Position numbers and translations under genes: made by a program | Assembly: GCA_963575745.1 (NCBI GenBank) | Contig: CAUYUJ010000276.1 | Coordinates: 1-64,000, forward strand | Origin: Prorocentrum cordatum | Taxonomy: Eukaryota | Length of the DNA stretch: 64,000 nt | Direction: 5' to 3' | The notes under the pieces: model-generated | Databases searched by the model: none | The model's input: only the letters and a program-made list of their open reading frames with translations | What the model was told of the DNA's origin: nothing | In this document: positions 54,282 through 64,000 of the stretch, piece after piece | Layout of the letters: the number at the start of each line of letters is the position of its first letter | How positions within the stretch are numbered: position 1 is the first letter of the stretch

Positions 54282-55261
54282 CCAGGTGGGCGGGCCCTGC
54301 TCCTCCTCCTCCTCCTCCTCCTCCTCCTCCTCCTCCTCCTCCTCCTCCTCCTCCTCCTCCTCTCCTCCTCTCCTCCCCTCCCATCACCATCCCCCTGCCC
54401 CTCCCTCTCCTCCCCCTCCCCTGTGCTCCCCCCGCCGCCCAAAGTGGGGAAGTGGGGGGGCCATGCTGGGCGAGGAGGTCTCCGGAGGGGGTCGCGTTGC
54501 GCGGCGCGGCGCACGCGGGGCAGGCGCGCGGGCCGATGCCGCGGGGGCACAGGGGAGGCCCGCCCCGCGTCGTCGTCGCCGTTCGCCAGGAGAGGAGAGG
54601 AGGAGTAGGAGGAGGAGGAGGAGAAGGAGGGGGAGGAGGTGGATGAGGAGGAGGGGAAGGGGAAGGGGAGGGGGAGGAGGAGGGAGGAGGAGGAGGGGTA
54701 ACACAACAGCTTCGTCGCTCCAGTTTGCCCAACGGGAAAAAAATGAAGGACGGGGAGGAGGAAGGGAGGAAGGAGGAGGAGGAGGAGGAGGAGGGAGGAG
54801 GAGGAGGAGGAGGAGGAGGGGGAGGGGGTGGATGACAAGCTAGGTGCGCTCGCGTCATATCTGACATCCTACCCCTCCCTCCCATCCCTTACCATGGCGT
54901 AGATCCCCTCTCTACTCGCACAGTCGGATGTCGAGCAGGGCAATGATCCCGAAAGCTTACGCGATGCATTGTAGAGCACGGCATAGCATGGCGTAGAAGA
55001 GCACCGCAAAGCGTAGTATGTCACAGCATGGCGTGGCGTGGCGTAGTGAAGAATTGCATCACAAAGCTTTGCAACACAGAGCATGGCATCGCACAGTGGC
55101 CCCGAACATAACATTGCATAGCATGGCGTTGAAGATCAAAGCTTAGCATGGCATAGCACGACGTGGCGCTTAAGCACTGCATATCACAGCTTCAGCTGAA
55201 GGCATGGCATCGCGCAGCGGAACGCGACCTAGCATTGCATTGCATGCCGTGGCATGGCACG

Positions 55262-55492
55262 GGAAATGACGCCAGCGCTGCAGCGGAAGCACGACTCGGA
55301 ACGAGCGGAAGCGCGGAAATGAGGCCAGCGCTGCAGCGGGAGCACGATTCGGAACGAGCGGAAGCACGGAAATGAGGCCAGCGCTGCAGCGGGAGCACGA
55401 TTCGGAACGAGCGGGAGCGCGGAAATGAGGCCAGCGCTGCAGCGGGAACACGATTCGGAAGGAGCGGGAGCCCGAAAATTAGGCCAGCGCCT
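55262..55492. repeat. 53-bp tandem repeat, about 4.3 copies
   Basis: GCCAGCGC recurs at 55271, 55324, 55377, 55430 and 55483. Confidence 0.92.
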
Positions 55493-56399
55493 CAGCGAGA
55501 GCAGCATTTTAGAAAAAGACACAAGCGAAAACCCAACTCCAGGGAATCCTGTGTGTAAAAAAACAGTACGCGGGGGGGGCCGAACATCTTCCGGACGCCA
55601 TCAGGGGAAGTGGGAGAGTAGTATTCATATTGTGTAATTGTGGAGGAGTGGGAAGGGGGAAGGGGGAGGGGGAGGGGGAGGGGAATACAACAGCTTCGTC
55701 GCTCATGTTTGCCCAACGGGAAACATGAAGGAAGTGGAGGAGGAGAGGGAGGAGGAGGGAGGAGGAGGAGAGGAGGAGGAGGAGGAGGAGTAGGAGGAGG
55801 AGGAGGAGAAGGAGGGGGAGGAGGTGGATGAGGAGGAGTGGGAAGGGGGAAGGGGGAGGGGGAGGAGGAGGGGAGGAGGAGGAGGGGTAACACAACAGCT
55901 TCGTCGCTCATGTTTGCCCAACGGGAAAAATGAAGGACGTGGAGGAGGAGAGGGAGGATGAGGAGGAGGAGGAGGACGAGGAGGGGGAGTGGGAGGGGGA
56001 GGAGGAGGAGGAGGAGGAGGAGGAGGAGGAGGAGGAGGAGGAGGAGGAGGAGAGAGGAGAGGAAGAGGAGGGAGGAGGAGGAGGAGGAGGAGGAGGAGGA
56101 GGAGAATGGAAGGGCCCTCCCTCCACCCTCCCCCCTTGGTGTCCCAGCAGAATCGTTGTATCGCTCATATTCCGCGAGTTGCGAGCCGGCCTCTGCTGAC
56201 AGGCTCACTGCTTCGTCAGCGTCGAGATCTCAAATCACCCCCTCCCTCTCATTCACCCCGCTCGCTCACTGGAGTCGTCTCAAACATCCTCGCGCCCTGA
56301 GGCGGCGGGCCGCGGGGCCCGTGTCCGCGGTGGCCGCTGCGGCGCCTGGCGCTGCTGATCTGGGCGCTCCCGGCGCTCCAGGCCCCTTCGGGTGAAGAG

Positions 56400-57400
56400 T
56401 TGGGAAGTTGGAGGGAAAGGATGAGAGAGAGTGGAGTAGGATGTGGAAGATGATGTGGAGGAGGAGGAGGTGGAGGAGGAGGAGGAGGAGGAGGAGGAGG
56501 AGGAGGAGGAGGAGGAGGAGGATAGAAACAAACAAGGATAAGGGAGAACTAAGAGGAGCAGAAGGAGGAGGAAGAGGAGGAGGGCCGGGGAGGTGCGAGG
56601 GTGTGAGAAGGAGGGGGAGGGCGGCAATGAGGTTCCAGGGAAGTGGAGGAGAGGTGGGAGGAGGGGAAGATGAGGCAACGGAGACGGAGGAGGAGGAGGA
56701 GGAAGAGGGGAGGAGGAGGAGGAGAGGAGGTGGAGGAGAGGAGGAGGAGGAGGAGGAGGAGAAGAAGAGGAGGAGGAGGAGGAGGAGGAGGAGGGGCGGG
56801 GGAGGAGAGGAGGGACGGGGGGAGGAGGAGGAGGAGGAGGAGGAGGAGGAGGAGGAGGAGGAGGAGAGGAGAAGGAGGAGGCGTGGGAGGAGGAGGAGGA
56901 GGAGGAGGACTTGGAGGAGGAGGAGGAGGGGAGGAGGAGAGGAGGGAGGAGAGGAGGAGGAGGAGAGAGGAGGAGGAGGAGGAGGAGGAGGAGGAGGAGG
57001 AGGAGGAGGAGGAGAGGTAAGGGAGGAGGAGGAGGGGGGGGAAGGGGGGGGGGGGGGGACGGATGGAGGAGGAGGAGGAGCAGGAGCAGGAGGGGAGGAG
57101 GAGGATGCGAGGAGGAGGAGGAGGAGAGGAGGAGGAGGAGAGAGGAGGAGGAGGAGGGAGGTGGTGAAGGAGGAGGAGGAGGATGAGGATGAGGAGGAGG
57201 AGGAGGAGGAGGAGGAGGGAGGAGGATTTGGAGGAGGATTTGGAGGAGGATTTGGAGGGGGAGGAGGAGGAGCAGGAGGAGGAGGAGGAGAAGGAGGAGG
57301 GAGATACTGAAGGAGGAGGAGGAGGAGGAGGAGGAGGAGGAGGAGGAGGGTAGGAGGGGGAGGAGGAGGAGCAGGAGCAGGAGGAGGAGGAGGAGGAGAT
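56400..57400. repeat. Degenerate (GGA)n field; similar fields at 58620-58860 and (CCT)n at 59390-59950
   Basis: Directly visible. Confidence 0.95.
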
Positions 57401-58705
57401 CGTGCTTCCTCACTGGGAGCTTGAACAGAAGCGTGCCTACTTCCCCCAAGGGGGCGTTCTGCCTGACAAGATCCTCCAACATGTGCGCGAACGGACCCCT
57501 TTCGCAGCCCCTGGTGAATCTCTCTTGGAAGGCACGAGTGTGGTGCCTGCAGCAGGTCCAAGCACAGTGACTCTGAGTACGGGTGAGTCTGAGTGCGAGA
57601 GGCTGGGTCTGAGTCGGTCTAAGTATGAGTGGGTCTGAGTGTGAGCCAGTCTGAGTGCGATCGACTGAGCATGAGAGATAAAGCGTGAGCCATCACAGCC
57701 AACAGTTAGTATGTCAGTGAAGGGTGAGGGGACGGGAAGGACGGACGGAAGGAATGAGGGTGAGGCGGGGCGTATCGTTGATAGCAAGATGCCCCTGAGT
57801 CAGGACTGGAGGTTGGGAGGCGCCCCCCACCTGGAGATCGATGTCGTGTCGTGCGTGATGTGCGGGCGGGCGAGGTGAAGCTCCGCGAGAGCGAGACAGG
57901 CCTTGCCCGAGTTAGGAGTGGCTCACGTCAGACTGCTTCGCCCCCGTGAGCGTGCCAGGGGGCCCGGGATGTCACGGGCTGGTCCCGTGGGATGTCCCGA
58001 TGGATCTCCCGCGGTTGTCCCGTGGTTGTCCTGCGGTTGTCCCACGGTTGTCTCACGGCAGTCCCACGGTAGGTGCCCCACCGTGGTTGTCCCACGGTTG
58101 GTAGAACCATGACTAGGCAGTGAGTTTAGTTGTTGGATGGTGGGACTTGTAGATAGATAGTGAGGTCAACTCATAGCCAGAGCGATGGATAGATGGTGAC
58201 ATCGAAGGATACACTGTGCGACAGGCAGCAGTGGGCTCGGTAAGTCGTGATATCGATAGTTCAGGCCTCGCAGAGGGGGGTCGAGCAGATGGGGTCGGAG
58301 GATCGCGCCACATCGCCGATGCATCGGCGATGCGGCTCGATGTGGGGCCCGATGTTCTTCACGCCGGCAGCGCCGACGCATCGCCGACGTCGCCAATGCA
58401 TCACCGACATGTATCGGCGATGCATCGGCGATGCGGCACGATCTTCCGACCCCATCTTCTTGGACGCGAGGGGGGGACTCTTAGATATATAGGTTGATAG
58501 TGATATCATGTGATATCGGCCCAACGGGATATCGATAGAGATCGAAGATACCTACGGCGAACCACCACGGCTGTTGGCCGACGTGCTCCCCAGCCGTTGT
58601 GGAACCCCTTGGGGGGAGCACTTGGGAGAAGAGGAGGAGGAGGAGGAGGACAGGGATGAGAAGTTGGAGGAGGAGGAGGAGGAGGAGGAGGAGGAGGAGG
58701 AGGAG

Positions 58706-58740
<35 letters not shown>

Positions 58741-61700
58741 GGAGGGGGAGGGGGAGGGGGAGGAAGAGGAGGAGGAGGAGGAGGAGGAGGAGGAGGAGGA
58801 GGAGGAGGAGGAGGAGGAGGAGGCCGAGAAGGAGGAGGAGGAGGAAGAAGAAGAAGAATCGGAAGCCTCCGCTGCGGCGCGCGCTCCGTCCTCTCGCTGC
58901 CTCTCTCTTCCCGCTTCATTGTTTGTTTGTTCTTCCTCGTATGGCCAGCAGCGCAAGAAACTGCAGCTAGCGGCAAGCACTGCCCCCCAGGATCAGACGC
59001 CCCTGAGAGCCCCCCTCCGACGCGGCCCCAAACGACCTCGTCAGTTTCGCCCCCGTCCTCCCCCCCCAAAAAAAAACGTCCCCGTCAGTGTTCTCCCCTC
59101 CCCTACTCTGCCCCTCGCCGCGCTTCCCGCGGCGGCGCCTTGCAAAAACACGGCCATGCGAGCACGACTAAAACTTGGGGGGGGGAGGGGGGGGGAGGGG
59201 GGGGGGGGGGGCACAAATCCTGGTCTCAGGGGGGCGAGGAGAGGGGATCAGGGAAAGGGGGGACGGGGGTGGTCGGACTGGGAGCTCGGTGCCGGACCCC
59301 AAGGAGCGCCAATGCTCCCCGAGACAGTTCCGCCGTGTCCTGTACGGGAGGAAGGCGCTCGACGAGGCTCGCGCCCACGACGACGCTTCTCCTCCCCTCC
59401 TCCTCCTCCTCCTTTCACCCTCCTCCCCTCATCCTCCTCCTCCTCCATCCTCCTCTCTCCTCCTCCTCATCCTCCTCATCCTCCTCATCCTCCTCCTCCT
59501 TCCTCTCCTCCCTCCGTCCTCCTCCTCCTCCTCCTTCTCCCCACCGGATCCTCGTTTGCCTCACGTCCCTCCTCCTCCCACTCTCCCTCCCATTTCCCTG
59601 GACCTTAGTTGGTTCGCTCCCCCAACCTCCTTCCCGTTCCTCCTCCCCCTCCCCCTCATCCGCCTCTCCTCCTCATCTCTCCTCCTTCCTCCTCCTCCTC
59701 CTCCTCCTCCTCCTCCTCCCCCTCCTCCTCCTCCCTCCTCTCTCCTCCTCTCATCCTCCTCCCTCCTCCTCCTCCTCCTCCTCTCCTCCTCCTCATCCCT
59801 CCTCCCTCCCTCCTCATCCTCTCCCTCCTCCTCCTCCTCCTCCTCATCCTCCTCCTCATCCTCCTCATCCTCCTCCTCCTCCTCCTCCTCCTCCTCCTCC
59901 TCTCCTCCTCCTCCTCCTCCTCCTCCTCCTCCTCCTCCTCCTCCCCTCCTATCGCCCTGTTGCGGGGCAAACCCCTTCTGTGCACCCCGGGCAATGATCC
60001 ATCAGAAGGTGGGGCGCGCCCCTGCGCCCTCCCAGGGCATCGAGACGATAGCACGGGCGGCATGGATGACGGCCTGGATGCTGGCATGGAGTTGGCATGG
60101 TGTCGGCGTGACCGTGGTGCGATAGATTTGCACAATGAAAGCTATTGTTTCATGGCGCGTGGCAAATTTGCCGCCGCAGATCTGTCATGCACATGGTTTC
60201 GCGGTCGCCAGGCCACCCAGAGCGCCCCCCCGACACTTGTCCATGCCGCACCGCGGCCCCCCTGCAGGTCTCAGGCGAACGCGCGACGAATTGCCGCCAC
60301 CCTCGCCCACCCCTGCGCCTGGTTGGCCAAATCAGCCTCGCACCGCTGAAACTCAGGCGTATCCCTGCAAGACTGCCTATCCCCAGGGGCCCGGCGCCTG
60401 AGGAGACCGCGGCTTAAAATCCCACCCGTGCATAAGATCTTGGATCTCGAGAAGCAAAGCCGTAGCCGGGACCCTTGGGCCCTGGCATGCAGCCTCTTCA
60501 ACGGCGCGGGCAGCTTCTCTGCGTGCGTGAGTCACTTGGCCTTCGCCGCGCCAGTGTGTCGCGCGCGCGAGCCTGCTCTGGCGCAGCCAGCGCGAGCCTC
60601 AATCTGGCCCCATTGCGGATCGCTGCGAGCGCGATCGCTTGAGCATGCTTCGCGCGAACTTCAGTACCTAGCGCGCTTATGTTGTCATTGGCAAAATGCG
60701 CTCGCCCCGACGCGGGCGCCTGCGCTTGCCCTGCCCGATTCGGTGGGCCGATATGTCGCAGGTTTACGAGTTTTTATGGCTGCTCGTCGGCTCGGTTTCT
60801 TTGGGCTCTTTGCGCGCGCAGGCACCCAGGGGGACCGCCCTCGAGATGCCGGCGGGGCGCGCCACCATCCGTTTAACCCTGTTCTTTGAAGGCCTTCAAG
60901 AACGGGAGCTCCCTTTCTTGCAGCGAAAAGAGCTCCTTCCCCCCTCCCCCGCTCGCCCCGCTGCCCTGCTTCCCTCCCGTGGCGATCGGCCCCCCCCTCC
61001 GAGAACCGGTCCCGCGCTGCGCGCCCACTGAGCGAACGCTCCAGCAGCCTGCGCGCCCCCTGGGCCTCTTTGGGGGCCCTCGCGGGGAGGCCCTGGCCAG
61101 CATCGAGCAGACAAAACGGCGTGTTCGTCGATGGCCGCCCGCGTCTGACGGCGCCAAACACATCAACTCTGAGGGTTTCCTCGGGGCTCCCGGTGCGCCG
61201 CGGGGGGGCCGGAAAGAACGTCGGGATTATGGTTGGGCCCTTTTGGGGGTTCGTCTGTGCGGTGTCGAAGCAAAAGTGAGGCCCCGTGTCTCGTCTCCAT
61301 CTTCTCGACCCTCTTTGTCTCGTCTTCCAGTCTCCTCGACACCACTCCTTGCCCGTCCCCCTTGTCTCGCCCCTTCATATCCTCGACCCGCCTCCGCCCT
61401 CCTCGTCTTCATCTCTTTAGCCTTGTTCCGTCTTCGCGCGTTCGTGTCACTCCGCCCCGCCGTCGCCCCCGCGGTCCTTGTGCCTCGCCCTTTCCCCTCG
61501 CCCCCTTTGATCCGCCCCATCCCAAAACCTCGCCCGCTTTCCTCGCCTTCCTCTTCCCTCGTCGCCCGGGCGCCCTCCAGACCCCGCGCCCTTCTTATCC
61601 TCCTCGCCCCTCCGTCGCCGCCGACCGTGGGCCATTGGCAAGACCCGGCACGCTGTGGGGGGACACACTTGTGCCCGAGTAGCTTTTCGGCACCCGGCTT

Positions 61701-64000
61701 TGCCTCGGCTGTCCCGCGGCCGCCCCGCGGGTGCCCCGCGGCTGTCTCGCGGCCGCCGTCCGCCGCTGCCCCGCGGCGGCCCCGCGCCGCCGCCGCCCGA
61801 CGGCCCGCTCTGCCTCGGCTGTCCCGCGGCCGCCCCGCGGCCGCCCCGCGGCCGTCCCGCGCTTGCCCCGCCGCCGTTCGGCGCTGTGCTGGCGCGGTTC
61901 GGCGCTGTGCCGGACATCTGCTCGGGCGTTTTTCTGGCGCGACGAAATATCGCAAGTTGTACGAGCTACCACTGGGGACAACACCACGTCGTGATTGGAT
62001 GTTGCTGGAGACCGGACATTGTGGTAAAACGACGCGAAGATCGGGACAAAATCGGATCGGGATAACTCGAAATCTCTGAGAATCGGCGGGTTTGGAGGAT
62101 GTATTGGGCGCCGCGGCCGCTCCAGAGCGTTCCGGAACGCTCTGAGAGCGCTCCGGAACGCTCTGGAGCGATTTATCCAGATCCTAGCCCTGTTTTATGT
62201 GGAACAATTGGGAGAAGGATTACCTTGCACACGCGCACATCTGGCCGGGCCCCGGCCCGCCCGCGCCGCTCCTAAGGGGCCCGCCTGCCGGCGGACACGC
62301 GCGTCTCGCCGCCGTCAGGCGTCTTTCTGGTTCTCATGCCCGGCGGCCCGCAGGACTTTGCGCTGCCGCGGCCGACCATCACCAGTACAAGTCTTCCGAG
62401 GTGCAATAATCGGCCAGCGCTCCAGTGCATATAGGCCCCTTTCTGTTCTTTCTCCTTCTCCTGTTCCCCGTCCCACCCCTTTGCTCGCCCCGGTGTTGTT
62501 CCCCGGTCCCCGTTCTCTTCCGCTTTCGTTCGCCCCTTGCCCCTCCTCCTCCTCCTCCTCCTCCTCCTCCTCCTCCTCCTCCTCCTCCTCCTCCTCCTCC
62601 TCCTCCTCTAACCCCCTATAGTGAGGAATCGCGAATCGTCGAACCCCCGGTCGCCCGTCACGTGAGACGACAGAAATCCCACGAGCCTTCGGCGCGCAGG
62701 CGGTTCAGGGCTGAGTTCGTCATGCCCCTTGCTCCTTTCGGGCAGGGGCGCGCCCCGTCGCTGCCCCCCCCCAGGGGCGCGGACCGAGGAATCGTTCGGG
62801 TGCCGTGATGTCCGTCTTGGCCCAGGACGGTTCCAAAAGTGTTCTCGGTGCCCCAACGCGGCCTTGAAGACGGTGCAACATTAACCCCAATTGGATCGAG
62901 ATTGCTTCTAGCGTGCCAGTTGAAAAACGACCGGGCGGCTCCGAAGCAGCTCAACGTGGCCAAGGGCCCCTCCTGGATGCCTCCGAAGGCCCAACATGTT
63001 TGAATGGTGCAACGTGTTTCAATGCTTTGGGTTGTTTCTCCGTTTCATGTCATTCTTGACCGTGGCCCGACAAAGGATCAGAGCAATGATGCATTCTCTG
63101 TGCACGGGCCTGCACACTGTAGCAATACTTGTTGGTTTTTGCGAGTGTATGTGCATGCTTCCGCGCGTTTGCGTTCGCGCGCGCGCGCATTCGCTCGCAC
63201 CTGCAAAGGCGCTGGCCACTCTGCCCACGAGCCCCCTCTTCGCCCAGGCGCGAGTGCGATGGAACAAATGCGTGCTTTCTTGTATACGTACACAGCGTTA
63301 CGGACCCCGCCGATCCCTGCACCTGCTTGCTCATCGGTCATCGGTGGCACCCACCTGCGCGTGCCCGTTCCGCGCCAGCTTGGCACGCGCCGGCCCGTGC
63401 CTGCCTGTCCGTCCTCTGCCGCCGGAGCGCACCCTGCCGCGGCCTCCCTCCGCGCCTCTGCCCCCGCGGCGTCGCCCAGCTCCGTGTCCGCGCCCGACTG
63501 CGTCCGGAGCCGCTGCCCCACGGCTGTACAGCATCGTCCTGATGTGAGCCTGCCGCTGGGCTGCAGGCGCGCTGCCGCCGCGCTGCCGCCCCCAGCCGCC
63601 GGTCCCGCGGTGGCCCCTCCCTCCGTTCGCTCCGGAGGCGTGGCCGCGCCGCTGTCCCGCGGCCGTCCGCGGCAGTGCCGCCCGCCGCTTTCAGTGCGCG
63701 GGGGGTCGCCTCGACGGGCGCAAGCGGCGGCCTCCTCGCCCGCGCCCCCGCTGAACGCCTCCACGCGGAAAAAAAATTACGGGCGCCGGTGGCACCAAAC
63801 GCGGGCCACGACGGAGGCGCGGCGATCGGCATCCGCCGCTGCGCCGAAGGCGCGGGCGCCGCGCCCCCGAGCGCCTGGGTCGCAGATCCCGACCGACGGC
63901 GACAAAAGCTTGAAAGGCTGGAAGCCCCCCCCCTCCCGATGGAAAGTTCCACCGACGGCCCCCGGCTTTACCCCCACAGCCGCTCAGCCACTTCAGGGGC

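Noticed and set aside
55262..55492. CRISPR-like 53-bp periodicity
   Set aside because: The entire unit is conserved, so this is an ordinary minisatellite.

Overview
Eukaryotic, GC-rich, microsatellite-saturated DNA, almost certainly dinoflagellate: it contains a perfect 22-nt DinoSL spliced leader and GC/GA splice donors. A Prorocentrum-like genome is my inference only. Nearly all long ORFs in the track are artefacts of (GGA)n/(GAC)n/(GAT)n repeats. By hand I reconstruct a + strand gene of many small exons (about 3.7-44.8 kb, stop at 44810-44812) encoding a low-complexity protein with two PAM2-like motifs. A second micro-exon gene probably lies on the - strand (about 50-54 kb). Introns of the + gene hold two decayed, sense-oriented non-LTR retrotransposons (APE endonuclease + RT). 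The first begins exactly with a full-length DinoSL inside a (CCT)n tract; the second begins with a possible SL remnant (CTCAAG) after a pyrimidine tract. This suggests LINEs that get their 5' end by SL trans-splicing out of host transcripts. Several MITE copies coincide exactly with introns (Introner-like) on either strand. A 101-bp satellite occurs twice in inverted orientation with a shared unique terminus. All exon calls are manual and need RNA-seq confirmation.
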